A DNA stretch of 64,000 bases from Tricharina praecox (lineage: Eukaryota), in assembly GCF_024521635.1 (NCBI RefSeq), contig NW_026250425.1, forward strand, positions 496,001 to 560,000. Reading direction: 5' to 3'. Below, in pieces: positions 47,731 to 60,440 of the stretch. The notes beneath the pieces were generated by a model. The model saw only the letters and a list, made by a program, of their open reading frames with translations, was not told the DNA's origin and did not search any database. A program made the translations under genes and the position numbers. Each line of letters opens with the position of its first letter. The stretch's first letter is position 1.

Positions 47731-50700
47731 ATGTCTCTCGGGCCGGCATCGCGCGGCCACTCCCCAGCCCTGTCCTCCGGCCGCTCGTCGCCGCAGCCAC
47801 GACGCCGGCTCGACGAAGGTAGCTCACCGTATCTTCCCCGAAACATCACCGTAGTAGCTGATACCCTCAGACCCCACCCGGAAGGATCCCAAGTATAAGC
47901 GCTTCTCTGCGAGCATAGACCGGGCTCTTGCACTCTTCGAGAGCAACAACCTTCAGGAGTGGGCTGACTACATATCGTTCCTGGGACGCCTGCTGAAAGT
48001 AAGCTCCGGCGGTTGGTCGAGGTGGGGAGATTCTAACCGTGCTGGACTCATCAGGCGCTGCAATCGCATCCGTCGCTGCCACTCATACCCTCCAAATCAC
48101 TCGTCGCGCAACGCCTAGCCCAGTGCCTCAACCCACGCCTCCCCTCGGGAGTCCACCAGAAAACTATCGAGGTCTACTCCTACATATTCTCGCTGATCGG
48201 CCGCGATGGGTTGAGCTCGGATCTTGCGCTGTGGACACCCGGACTCACGCCGGTGCTCTCGTACGCCTCGTTGACGCTGAAGCCGCACTATCTCGATCTC
48301 CTGGAGCGGTTCTATCTACCCATCGGGACTGCGCTCCGGCCAACGCTGAAGGCGTTGATCCTTGCGCTGCTGCCGGGAATCGACGAAGAGGGAGGGGAAT
48401 ACTTCGACAAGACGCTGGCGCTCATCGATGCCATTCGAAAGGAGGTGAAGGACGACGCCTATTTCTGGCAGTGCGTTCTTTTGGCAACGATAACGGCACC
48501 GGCGCGCAGACAGGGAGCACTGGCGTTCCTGGGACGGCGGATACCCAAATTGGACGGGAAGGCGAATGATGGAGCTGAGGGAGACGGCAAGACGGAAGAA
48601 GAGCGGAAAGCGGATGCGGATGCGCTTATAAGCCCCGAGCCAGGACTACTGGTTCGCGCATTTTGTGCTGGGCTCGGCGACGAGCAACTATTGGTGCAAC
48701 GCGGGTTCCTGGATCTTCTGGTCACTGAGATACCCTTGTCGTCGTTAGTCCTGCAGAAAAAGGTGTCGAAGGCAGATCTACAGTTGCTGGTCACATCGGC
48801 GGCAGGTGTCGTGATGCGAAGAGATATGTCGCTCAACAGACGTCTTTGGGCATGGTTTCTCGGACCGGAAGAAGCAAACGCCCATGCATACTTCCGAGAT
48901 TATGGCCTGGAGGCATTGGTCGATGGTTTATTGAAGATGCTCGATTGGCCTGATGCGACACCAGCAGAACGGGCACGCCCCTACAGGATATGCCTATCCC
49001 TCATGGATCGCTGGGAAGTTGGCTCCCTCGTCGCTCCCAAGTTGTTCCTTCCGGCCATCGAAAGTCTACGGGCGTTTGAGAAGATTGCGCCTAGCAAGGA
49101 GGCATACAACGAGGCGTTCCGGAGTGCGAGCATGTTCTTCGATGGAATAGAGGCAGGCTTAATATGGGGACAGATGCTAGAAAAAATAAATACGGCGTTT
49201 TCTGAAGACGGCGATAGTGCAATCGATCACCTGCAGACGGTAAGATTCATAATCCGGACGTTCAATGTTCGCGAGGAAGAGATGTTGCGTGTGCATGCGC
49301 CGATGTTGGTCCTGGCTGTCTTGCGGTTCCTGGGTGCCGACGGGGAGAGAAGCCGTGATACTACATACGAGCTATCTAGGAACGGGTTCCTACTTGCCGA
49401 GGAAATATGGGAACTCATTCCAGCGACAAAGATCAAGTCGTCAGCAACATCCAACTCCTCGGACGAGGATGCGGCGCAAAATATTCTCAAATCAATCCAG
49501 CGGTTTTATAGGAGAGACCAAGTCCGGTCGACCGACGGCTCAACGAGCACGGCCCCGTTTCAGCCCTCACAAGTGGCCGACTGGATCTTTAAAGACACTG
49601 CCTCCGTCGTGCAGAAAGCTTTGGAGGGAAGCTCCAGTGATGTCGACATACGATGCCGGCTGTTTGTAAATGTCACACGCAAGGTTCCGAAGCTGTCGGA
49701 CTGGCCGGATGCAAAGAGCCTTGTCTCGAGCTTCATATCGAAACTGCAACTTGACCCTGTACCCTTCGGCGCTCTGAGAGGAATGGCGAACATGATTTCG
49801 GCTATGTATTCCAAGGGATATCTCAGCGTCCAGGACACCGACTCCCTGGTGGCCTCGGTCACGAGCGGGCTGTGGTTTTATCTTTCACCGGATGCGCCGA
49901 AATTCCACGTGGAGTCGATCAAGGCTCTGTGGAATCTCCAGAATGTGCTCAGAGACCGCAGGGTAGAGGCATCGATTGCCACTGTCATGACGAGTCCATA
50001 TGCCCATGGCGCCGAGCCAGGGAGGAATTTTGCGGTGCTGTGGAATCACAGCGTGAGCGGCCTTGGCGGAAGCGCCTACCATATGATGTTGACGAGACCG
50101 CTGTTTCTCTTTATGGATTCTCTTGCGGACGATGCCAATGAGATGTCGATATTCGCCCGAGGCTGGTTGCAAACTCTACCAAGCATCAATAAGTAGGACC
50201 CCCCCCCCCTTCTCCTGCTCGGCCTTCGATATGCATACCGTTACTCACATGGCGTCGATAGACTGTTTTGGATCTTTGTTGAAAAGCTTATTGGATGCCA
50301 GTTCCTGCGGGACCCCGGTGAGAGAGATGCTGATGGTGCGCCGCGGAAGAGACCACTGTTTGCCGAAGACGACTGCCTCGAGATCGCGACTTACTACTTT
50401 CAAACATTGCTGAATATCCTGCGTTACGCGACCAATAACATGATGGCGCAACTGGCGACCGAGCTGGTTATCAACGGAGATGAGAGCAAGGCGAAAACCT
50501 TCGCACAATGTGGGTATCTGTGCATCTATGCTGTGAAAACGGACTGACAGGAGGCAGGCGAGTACGGCGACGAAGACATGACGTTGCATGCGTTCTTTGC
50601 CAAGGTCGCCCTGAGGGCTATCGATGGCGATGCAACAGACCCTCGGACTGCCGAGAGAGTGTCGAAGCTTCACAAGATGGCGCTCGGCGTGCTCCACCAG

Positions 50701-53403
50701 TTGCTCTTGAGCCCGTACTCAAAGCCGCTGGCGGATATGGAGCTAGAGGATATCCTGACGGCCCGCCTCCTCTCGATCATGGAGACAAAGGAAACTTTTG
50801 TGCAGGTTTCCATGCTGGACGTGCTGCACGAAGCCCTCAAACTGTCGCTCAACAGGCCCACGAGCCACCTTGGTCACCTACGCCTACTGAGCAGGAATCT
50901 GGAGATCAAAGCCGGCCCTCGAAATGCTGCTACGCCGGTTGATGTGGAGAAACTGGCGCCGCCTCCGCAGTTTACTCCGCCTATGCAGCTGCTCAAGTGT
51001 TTGGTCGGCGGATTCTCCAGCACGAGCAGCAGACCGGTATTGGACAGTTGGATCTTCTTCCTCGGCGAATGTCTACCGTTGATTTCAGACGTGATATTCC
51101 AGATGCTGATACCGTTGGTCGAGTGTCTATGCAACCAAATCAAGACCACCTTCGAGTCGTTAAAAGCCGTGTTCCGGGAGACCGGGAAGTTGCACGTTCC
51201 CGAATCTTGCGGGAAGAGTCCCGAGAGCACTCTGGTCGCGCTGTTGAACGGGCTCGAGCAGATTCTTGCCGCCGCACACGACCGCCTGCTGATGGAAGAG
51301 CTGAAGAGTACCGGCCCCAAGAGTCCGGACGCGCCGAGTGCGGGCTTCTTCGGGAACATGGTGTCGGGCGTGTTTTCGGTCGAGAGCCCGCTAAACCGTA
51401 GCGCGGCCGCTAATAATCGGCTCACTGTACTCCTGTGCTTCCAGGATACGGTCAAGATCTGCTATTCCATCTGGAGCTGGGGCGATGTTAACAGTAATGG
51501 AGAGACGCTGGATGCGCTTAGTAGAGAGAGCTGGCAATACACCAGTCTGCGCATGAAAGGCCGGGCTAGGAGGATACTGGAGCACATGTTTGCCGCCGAG
51601 ACCCTAGAGTGTCTCGAGACGCTGATCGAGCTATGGCCTGGACGCGTGGCGCCTCTCGGCGAAAGGAACGTTGGCAGTATCTTCCGACTCGTCAATGTGC
51701 TGGATGGATCTCGGCCGAAGCACACGATCCCGGCCATCTTCAATGCTGTCTACTCGAGGACGAATCCGTCTGCGCTGGATCCGAGTAGGAGATCAACCTT
51801 GACAGCAGAGCTGGGCGATGTGGATGTGGTTGTCTTCTTGGTCGAGTATGCGCGCAGCCTTGAGGACGACGCCATGGATGAGATCTGGGCGGATTGTATG
51901 GTCTTCCTGAGGGATGTCCTTGCAAATCCGTTCCCGCATAGACAGATTCTGCCGAGTTTGTTGAGCTTCACGGCGATTCTCGGCGAAAAGGTTGATAATA
52001 CCAATTTTGGCGAGCAGAAGAAGATGAGAAAGGAGCTAGGGGTAGGTTTTTCTGAGAAGTAGTGGGGTAAATGGTGGATGCCGGATGGTGCTGATGTTCC
52101 GATGCTACAGGACCTGTTTTTGAGGATGTTGACGGCTGTATTTACGGTGGCACCTGCCGGTTCCCGGTCACTGGAACTGCCTGCGCCGATTCCGATCTCC
52201 AGCTTGGAGAAGGCAGAGTTCGATGGCGAGCTCCGGCCCGACCGCACCGCCAAAGGCAAAACGGCCCCCGACGACATAGTCCCAATCCTCGTTTCTATCG
52301 TACCCATCCTCCGAAAAGTCGTGTTGGAGCCGGAGCGAGTGATCACCGCTTCCATCAGCATTTCAACGTCCCTGATAGGCCCTATCTTCCGCTCCAAAGC
52401 CTTCCCCCACAACGTATCGCCCACACTACTAGATCTAGTTTACCAGCTCACACGTCTCCAAAACAATCAAAAGGCATGGAAGAAAGAGCTCTCGGACGTC
52501 TTCCTCGACCCCAGATTCTTCCTCAACCCTCCATCCCTGGTGAAAGACAAATGGATTCCCCTGACGATCCAATACCTCCTCGCGGACCGCGAACGGATGA
52601 TGGAACTGCTCTCCCGGATCACGCCGCCCACCACCGCCGGCGTCCTCTTCGGTGTCGGCGCCGGCAGCGCCAGACTCGAAGCCGACCGTCGCACGGCGCT
52701 AAACCTCAAACGCATCGCCTTCCTAATCTTCGCGAACGAGCACGACGCGTTCGTTCCGAAGCTTACCGAGATCGAAGAAAAGCTCGTCGAGCTGCTCTCA
52801 GCGACCGCGGTCTCCTCGCCCTCCTCCGCCACACGCGGCGAGGTCTACCTCGTCCTGCGCGCACTGGCGCTGAAAACCAGCCACGTGCACATGTCCAGCC
52901 TGTGGCCACTGATCAACACAGAGCTGCACAACGCGCTGGTCGCGCTCGCGCCCGACGGCGATCCTGAGCACACCTTCAACGACGCCGGGATCCTCCAGGC
53001 GTGCAAGCTCCTCGACACACTTATCGTCCTGGCACCAGACGAGTTCCAGCTGCACGAGTGGCTGTTCGTCACAGACACCATCGAGGCCGTCTACCACACG
53101 CACGACTGGACGCCTATGGCACTGGTGGATCAGGTCGTCCTTGAGCTTAGCGGCGGTAGAGGCGCGTACGAGAATGATGGTGCGGGAGTCCAAGGCGCCG
53201 GAAGGAGGCCGTGGTTTTTGCGCGCGAGGACCGCCGCTAAGGGAATGGAGGCGGATGTTAGGAGGGATCTGGTCGCGCCGTTTTTGAGGGGGCTGAGTAT
53301 TGCTACGTATGAGGGGACGTATGCTATGGCGAAGCCGGATGTGGAGGGCTGTGGAGAGGTGCTGCTGGCGGATCTGTTCGAGGAGGTGCCAACGTCGGCG
53401 TGA
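47731..53403 (+). CDS. dopA: Dopey family trafficking/morphogenesis protein, 1792 aa. Exons 47731-47818, 47871-47998, 48055-50192, 50262-50509, 50558-52041, 52111-53403
   Basis: Dopey N-terminal motifs QEWADYISFLGRLLKALQ, LAQCLNPRLPSGVHQKTIEVY, LLVQRGFLDLL, RRDMSLNRRLWAWFLG; C-terminal LQACKLLDTL..PDEFQLHEWLFVTDT. Five canonical introns. Confidence 0.95.
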
Positions 53404-53996
53404 GGGGGTGCGATAGATGGAATGGGAAGGATTTACGAGGTGGTTTTTTGTGCGGTAGGGAGTGCGGTGGTTTTAGAGCTGAAATGATGGTGATTATTCA
53501 TGTTGTCTGTGACATATTGACCATGGAAAAACACATCGTAGCACTTGGAGAGTCGAGATATTTGCATGATGTGTCACTCGAGTTGATTTCATTCTTCACT
53601 GTCATTCATGGCTTCACTCTAAGTGTGTGTACATTGCCATGATCTGTTATCTACAGTATTTAGATCGCGCGCAATCAATTATTAACAAAAAGAAGGCAAA
53701 AAAGAAGGCAAAAAAGACCTTACTCTGCGCTGGGACGAATCTTGTCCCCTGCATGCGTCCGGATGTGTGGGTGAGTTGAGCGCAACGCGAACAACAAACC
53801 GGAGACTGGTTCAGCTTCACGAGAAACTGCGGACACCGACGTGACAGGGTTGTATCCGCCGCAACTTCAACATTCACTTTCTCTCAACAAAGAAAGCAAA
53901 CACCAACTCCGTCTAGTTACGTCGTACGCTGCCACACCGATCCGAGTTACTCCACTTGTCTAATCCTCACACGACGATCGATCGCGCTGCCATCGA

Positions 53997-54105
53997 ATGG
54001 AGGAGACGCCTCCCGCGATGCCTCCCCCGTTTGTCAAGACGGAGCCGTCGTCTGCAGGCGCTCCGGAACCCTGGCCTAAGCTTTCGCCAGTCGGCAAACT
54101 CCCCG

Positions 54106-54143
<38 letters not shown>

Positions 54144-57100
54144 ACTACTGCTGCTGCTGTTACTTGCCGGGCTCCGATCTTCAAGGATGAGCGGCCGCCA
54201 TCCTCGTCTACTAGTGCCCCGGTTTTCAGGAATGCTCCGTATCCACCGATCATCAACGGAGGGGCTTCGGCACCCTCGTCTGCTACTAGTGCCCCGGTTT
54301 TCGGGAATGGACGGTATCCACCGATCATCACCGGAGGGCGTGCGGTGCCCCCGTCTACTAGTGCCCCAGTTTTCAGGAACGGACAGTATCCACCGATCAC
54401 CAAAGGAGAGGGGCCGGCATTCTTGCCTGCTACTGCCCCGGTTTTCAGGAATGGACCGTATCCACCGATCAATTACAATGCTGTCATGCCCAGCGTGCCA
54501 AATATGCCTATTGCCACAGCGGTGCCTGCTTCCTTGTCGTTGGCCATAGATCCGGCCCTCAGGATGGAGCCCTTTCTAAAGGTCAATCACAAAATCGCTG
54601 CTCCTGTTGCTCCTGTTGCTCCTGTTACACGCCCCACTGCGAACGAGAAGAAGGAGCCTACTTCGGCCGCTACCCCCACTAGTGCACTTGTCTCGAAGGT
54701 CGGGCCGATCAATCATGTCGCGGCTGCCATTACCTCCGCGCCCCAGCTTCGGGCCGTCAAATTGGAGCCTCCGGCGCCTGCCACCATTAGTGCGGCTCCG
54801 ACCGTTAGCCGGAACGTGGCTGCTGCTGCTCCCACGCGTAAAGCGCCGATTGTCAAAATGCAACCTTCAGCTTCGACCAGTGTTCCGCCCACACGCAAGG
54901 CGCCGATTGTCAAAGTGGAAGCTTCATCTGCTGCCAATATTCCGTCCATTACAAGCGTAGCTGCTCTCACCCCCACCTTGCAAGCTTCGAAACCAGCCGT
55001 ACGGCAGGCCCTACCTCCGTCACAGCAGAGACAGCCGCCCAACCCACTCCGCAAGCCTAGTGCCCCGTCGGCCAGGACCACCTCTACCGGTGCCACCAAT
55101 AGCCTCCGCCATCGATTTGCCCCCAACAATCCACTTCCTCCCCGGCCCGGACCGCTTCCGGGCCGCGCACATCCACCGCAGCCTACACAGGGGCAACCGG
55201 TGGCACCGGTACCGGTACCGACACAGGCCCGACCCAGCGGACATTTCAATCCACCGCCGCGTCAACTGCCGCCGCAATCGATCTCGACGGCACTAGCTCC
55301 GCCCTTCAGAAACCACGCTGCACCGCAGCCCCAGCCGCCTCCCGCGCAGGCATTACGGCCTCCACCACTGGGACCACCCAGAGCACCAGGAAAAATGCGA
55401 CCTCCTGGGGGCGGTGGAGGTGCCGGTACTTCGATGCGACAGAACCGTAAACTGGACGACATCTGTAAACATTTGTATCCGCACCTGCCAATCGCGGAAG
55501 CGCTGCAGGAGTATGAAAAGAAGCGAAGGGCTTCGGTGGGGACGAAACACCAGCTGCCCGCCGATATCGTGAAGTACCACAGGTACATCATGAGGCAGAA
55601 AGGTCGCGAGGGGTTGAAGGTGAAGGTGAAGGAACGCAGGATGGAGAAGGCGAAGCTGCAGGCGAAGCAGGGAAACCCCGAGAACACGGAGAATCTGAAT
55701 CTGAATCTGCAGCCCGTGAAACCCCCAAAGAGGTCGAGAAAGGCTAAAAAGAAGCTGGATGGCCGCGTCGAGGCGTGGAGGTATCAGCTGGTTCCCAGAG
55801 AATCCACGAGACGCGCCATCATTGCGGAGTTTCTGGCGAAGAATAATGGCGAAGAGGTGGGTTATCTTATCTTCTATTCCACCTTCCCATAGCGACGGCG
55901 GACAGGACAACTGCTGATCTCTGGGGGTTTCGGTCTACAGCCTTGCTTTACCACCCGTCCGGTCGAAGCCGATTACGAGTTTGTTCCGAGAGGCAACGTC
56001 TACATCACCCGTACTGCGCGGAAACTCACCAAGGATGCTGGGCGGAAGGTCTACATTGTCCGAAAGCTGTCCCAGGCCCTCGGAATTCAGGTGCCCAGGG
56101 AGATGCACACTAAGGCTGTCGAGCATGAACTCATGACACGGGAAGACCGCGGTAACTATGCTTCACACCTTGTCATTGTTGGATGGGAAATCGACTGACT
56201 CGGTATCTCTGTTGTAGGCTATGTTCTGGAACTCAGAGACAGACGGGAAAAGCGCGAAGCGTCGCTCTGTCTGCTCGGGATGTTCGAGAAAATGCCGCTA
56301 GAAGAGCGCGAGACTATCGTCAACCGGGCGTTTGAAAAAGTATGCAATTCCATCTAGGTTAGCTGTATCCTGGCGCAGCCACTGACATTACTGCAGTCCT
56401 CCGGCCGCGTTGGCCGCAGCCAAAAGATCTGTCTACCGGAGCGGCTGCGCCGCGCGACTATAGCGCACCTACGGCACAGCCACACCGACTACGAGAGCCG
56501 GCTGCTGCACGAGGCGGAAGCACGTATGTCGACGACGCGCGGAAACGATGGCACGCGGCAGATAGGCTTTCGCAAGCGCATGGAGACGGAGCGGAAGCGG
56601 GCGCGCGCGATGGTCTCCGCAAAGATTACAAAGCTGTACCAGGGCTGGGAGCCCAGCGCCAACCAGAACCCGTGGGAGTCGCTGGAGAAGCTAACAAAGG
56701 AGGAGTTCTTGACGGTGGGCAGGGCGAAGGAGAGACGTGCTAGAGGGCGCCCAGACGATGAGAGCGACGATGAGGATACCTGGATCATAAACGACGACGA
56801 TGATGTCATCGTGGTCGAGTCTGACGACGACGACGATGATGATCAGGGCGACTGGAGAGAGCTGGCGCCCAGCGAGGGCGCGGATTCTGATTCTGATTCT
56901 GATTCTGATTCGGACGAGGAGTCGGATTGTGACTCGATCGAGGATAGGGTGGTGGCTCCTACAACTACTAGGAAGAGGAAGCGCCTCGTGCAGGCCTCCG
57001 CATCCACTGCATCCATCAAAAATCTCAAGATCGAATCCGACTCCGAGTCCGACAGGAAAAAGTTCATCAGCACCAAGTTCTCCAAGTTCAGCAAGTTCTT

Positions 57101-57578
57101 GAGCCCCGAAATCTCCAAGCCCGCTGCTGCTGCTGCTGCTGCTGCGTGCTCCAGGCCGAAGCCGCTCGAACGTGAAGCTGTCCTTGAGCAGTGGAACTGG
57201 AAACGTCTTCCGCGCGCGTTCGCTCCCGCTAGGAAACTTAAAGCTGAAGCTGAACCCGAACCTGACGCTGATCGCGACAGGGAGACCCCCGGTCTTAAAC
57301 TTCATAAGCCTGCGGCGGCGGGAGGAGACGTCAAGAGGAGACGTCTGGTCCGCGGCTCTGCGCTCGGAGCGAAAGCGAAGGTCGAACACGGCGAGAAATG
57401 GGAGATCATCCACAAGCCTAAGGTGGAGATCCTAAAGCCTAAGGCTGAGATCCCAAAGGTCCAGATCCCCAAGGCCCAGTTCCACAAGGCCGCTGCGCCA
57501 GTGAAGGCGCGGAGAGCTCAGCCGGTCAAAGTCAGAGTCAAAGGGGAAAAGGACGACGTTATCTACATCTCTGACTGA
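53997..57578 (+). CDS. DUF2293-domain protein with long Pro/Ala-rich N-terminus and acidic/basic C-terminus, 1124 aa. Exons 53997-55856, 55941-56151, 56218-56339, 56397-57578
   Basis: Two small exons absent from the ORF track give YEFVPRGNVYITRTARKLT..LGIQVP and MFEKMP..IVNRAFEK, joined to SSGRVGRS..ATIAHLRHSHTDYESRL, the DUF2293 pattern. Three canonical introns. Confidence 0.82.
54210..54472 (+). repeat. Four in-frame coding repeats of 72-75 bp, (S/T)APVF(R/G)NxxYPPI
   Basis: Unit starts at 54210, 54285, 54357 and 54429. Confidence 0.9.
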
Positions 57579-58159
57579 GCGGCAGGGAGGGGAATTGTTC
57601 TCTGCATTGTACTGTATTCTACATGTTCTTGAAATCTTCTTGCGTTTCTTGGGTGTATATGTTTCTTGGGTGATGGCTATACCTGGGTTTTTGGTTTTTG
57701 ACTTTTGGCTTTGGGGGCGTGGGTCGTGACTGTATTATCATACCGGCATTGTGATTTAGGGCTCGGTCTTATAGATGGGTAGCTTTGTTACATGTAGTTG
57801 CCACTGTGGTTATCACGCTGGCATGAAGGTCCGGAATGAATGATGAAATCTCAACGGTCTTTTGGTAAATATTCCATGTATGATACACACAAGTGCGAAG
57901 CTTTAGTGAGGTGAGCGCCGGGACTCGGGTGGCCTCACTGCATCGCTCGCGTATCTAATGGATGAGTAAACGCCATAGATATCCTCGCATCACTCGCACC
58001 CATTGCGAAATAAACTGGTGTTCTCTCTCTCAATCACACTTATCCACCAACCATTCTAAGCCTCTAGATAGTAGATCTAACACGACACAATCATGTCGTT
58101 GGCGGTATTATCAGATGTGCATCAACCCACTACCTAGCAAATAAGGGTGTAGCCCTGAC

Positions 58160-58490
58160 TCCTTCCGCCTTGCTCCTTTCACCTTTCTCTTCCCACCTTC
58201 CTTCCACCTTCCACCTTTCTCCTTCCACCTTCCTTCTTACACCTTCCTTCCTTCCTACCCAACAACTTCAGCTTCCACCTTCCACTTCCTTCCACCTTCC
58301 ACTTCCTTCCACCTTCCACTTCCTTCCACCTTCTTCTTCCGCATTTTCCCCTCCACCTTTCTCCTTCCACCTTGCTCGTTCCACCTTGCTCGTTCCACCT
58401 TGCTCGTTCCACCTTTCTCCTTCTACCTTCCTTCCTACCCAACAATTTCCGCTTCCTCCTACTACCTACTACGAACTTCACCTTCAATAA
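58160..58490. repeat. Pyrimidine-rich degenerate minisatellite (TTCCACC(T)-based)
   Basis: Many TTCCACCT units; CTTCCTTCCTACCCAACAA occurs twice; TTGCTCGTTCCACC occurs three times in tandem. Confidence 0.85.
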
Positions 58491-58594
58491 CTAGCTCCTT
58501 CATAACAGTTAAGTTACAAATTTCTCACACTAATACGGCCGCCATACTATAGACAACAGCTTCTCCCTTCTCCGCGGCCTCTTTACTCTGGTTA

Positions 58595-59113
58595 ATAGGT
58601 CAGCATATTGGCGGACGACATTGGGACAGCAGGTCAGCATCTCGACGGACGACTTTGGCAACAGCAGGCCAGCATATCGGCGGAAATAGGTTAACATCTC
58701 GGCGGAAGCAGGTTAACATCGGCGGAAGCAGGTCAGCAAATCGGCGGGCGACATTGGCAACAGCAGGTCAGCAATCGGTTTCAACAGCAGGTCAGCATAT
58801 CGGCGGAAGCAGGTCAGCATATCGGCGAACGATAGCGACAACAGCAGGTCAGCAATCGGTTCAAAAGCAGGTCGGCATATCGACGGAAGCAACTCAGCAT
58901 ATCGGCGGAAGCAGGTCAGCATATCGGCGAACGATAGTGGCAACAGCAGGTCAGCAATCGGTTCAAAAGCAGGTCGGCATATCGGCGGAAGCAACTCAGC
59001 ATATCGGCGGAAGCAGCTCAGCATATCGGCGAAAATAGGGCAGCATACCGGCGGACGAGAGTAGCAACAGCAGGTCGGCAATCGGTTTCGACAGCAGGTC
59101 AGAATCTCGACGG
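58595..59113. repeat. Satellite-like array of about 20 monomers (AGCAGGTCAGCATATCGGCGGA) with a 102-bp higher-order unit
   Basis: Monomer variants of about 20-35 bp; matching variants recur at 58808/58910, 58843/58945, 58866/58968 and 58888/58990. Confidence 0.92.
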
Positions 59114-59303
59114 GGGGTGGAGGGGGTGGGGGCTGAGTGAGATAGGGTGGAGGAGGCCATGCGCGGTGGTGATTCGTGGGGGGAATAACAGAAATAACAG
59201 TGAGACCGTCACGATTTGGTGGGAAGGACTAAGAAGTAGAGAGTAAATATGGCCGCAGTATTAATATTGATGCTAACATTCACAGTCTCGGTGTCGAGCT
59301 TTT
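59104..59303 (-). pseudogene. Truncated duplicate of the upstream region and first ~18 codons of the 59475-60440 gene
   Basis: Collinear with 60382-60584 (GGGGCTGAGTGAGAT, AGGCCATG, ACGATTTGGTGGGAAGGA, ATATTGATGCT, GTGTCGAGCTTTT). ATG at 59160 reads MASSTLSHSAPTPSTP versus MAFDTPSHSAPSAPSTP. Confidence 0.8.
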
Positions 59304-59333
59304 GGTACCACAATAATACCCTGAGTTTTCCAT

Positions 59334-59489
59334 TCAAAGTACCCAGTCCATCCAGTCGACTACAGTCCGTCTGACCCCAGCTGTTGCGTAGACTGACCAG
59401 TTCAGTTCACGGCGCCAGCCGGACTGAATCTGTCAGTCCAGTCGGACGTTTTCCGAAAAACGGACTGGACTGGACTATGGGATGCACTG
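59334..59489. mobile_element. Degenerate foldback/MITE-like element rich in CAGTC/GACTG
   Basis: Left CCCAGTCCATCCAGTCG versus right CGGACTGGACTGGACTATGGG (inverted); many internal CAGTC/GACTG motifs. No target-site duplication recognised. Confidence 0.45.
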
Positions 59490-60440
59490 GGCGCAGATTA
59501 TCCACCACACCCTTGGAGTCAGCCACAACGTAATCTCAAACAGCAGCAGCAGCAGTGCGAGGAGCGCCGACGCCAGTCCGATTATTACCGCCAGCGACAC
59601 CGCCGTGGGGGAGTCTTCCGCGGGCTCTCCCACTGCCGCTACCGGCAGCATCTGCGTGTCCTCCCCCGCCCCCGCTACTGGCAGGCCCTGCTCATGCCCA
59701 TCCTCATGCTCCTGCTCGCGCTCGTGCCCATCAGTGAGAAGAAACTGCACCCTCAGCCGGCGCGCGGTATAGAACCGCGGCGTCTGCTCGAAAATCCCGC
59801 GCCCACACGCCGAACACCGGTAGTCGCGCGCCAACACGTTCCGCAGCCGCGCCGCCATCTCCTCCGCCTCCGCCCCCGCCTCCCCGTGAACGGGGAACTT
59901 GACGGCCCCGCGCACCTCTGACTCGGCGGGGACGCGGTGCTCCCATATCTCGAGCAGCACCGAGGCGGGGGTGTCACTGTCACCGCCGCTGTCACTGTCA
60001 CTGCCGCTGTCCGCAGAGCCGAAGCCGGAGCCGCAGACGTAGACCCTGCACCGCACACCCACACCCACACCCCCACCGTCGCGCTGGCCGTGTGCGAAAC
60101 AGGCTTGCAGGATCTGCGGCCGCAGCTCCACACGCCAGCGCAGGGAGATTTGTGCGGCGCACTGGCCAAAGATGCTGGTTAGTGCGCCTGTGGTCAGGTC
60201 CCGTGTGTAGATCGCGAGGATATCGGCGTACGGCGTGGTGGGTGTGGGAGGCGAGTCAGAGACTGTGGAGAGGGTGGAGGAGGCGGTGATTGCGGATGGT
60301 GGTGGTGTTGGTGTTGGGTCGTAAGGGGGAATAGTGGGGTCGTTTTCGTGATCTGGTAAGGTGGCGGAGTGCCATCGCCGCATCTCGGAGGGGGTGGAGG
60401 GCGCTGAGGGGGCTGAGTGAGATGGGGTGTCGAAGGCCAT
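59475..60440 (-). CDS. Hypothetical protein, 321 aa, with a C-terminal transmembrane segment
   Basis: Single ORF; ATG in CCGCCC-ATG-G context; one CSAC motif; hydrophobic AVSLAVIIGLASALLALLLLLF near the C-terminus. Confidence 0.65.
   Translation of the reverse strand: MAFDTPSHSAPSAPSTPSEMRRWHSATLPDHENDPTIPPYDPTPTPPPSAITASSTLSTVSDSPPTPTTPYADILAIYTRDLTTGALTSIFGQCAAQISLRWRVELRPQILQACFAHGQRDGGGVGVGVRCRVYVCGSGFGSADSGSDSDSGGDSDTPASVLLEIWEHRVPAESEVRGAVKFPVHGEAGAEAEEMAARLRNVLARDYRCSACGRGIFEQTPRFYTARRLRVQFLLTDGHEREQEHEDGHEQGLPVAGAGEDTQMLPVAAVGEPAEDSPTAVSLAVIIGLASALLALLLLLFEITLWLTPRVWWIICAQCIP

Noticed and set aside
54210..54472. CRISPR-like geometry (~37-bp conserved block plus ~35-38-bp variable spacer, four times)
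   Set aside because: Periods are multiples of three inside a fungal CDS, spacers are related to each other, and no cas genes are present.
57840..57940. Box C-like ATGATGA and a short hairpin as a snoRNA
   Set aside because: No matching CTGA box D or terminal stem.
58595..59113. Array as a CRISPR locus, or the 127-aa and 122-aa ORFs as genes
   Set aside because: No unique spacers; the ORFs start at TTG and merely reflect the 102-bp period.
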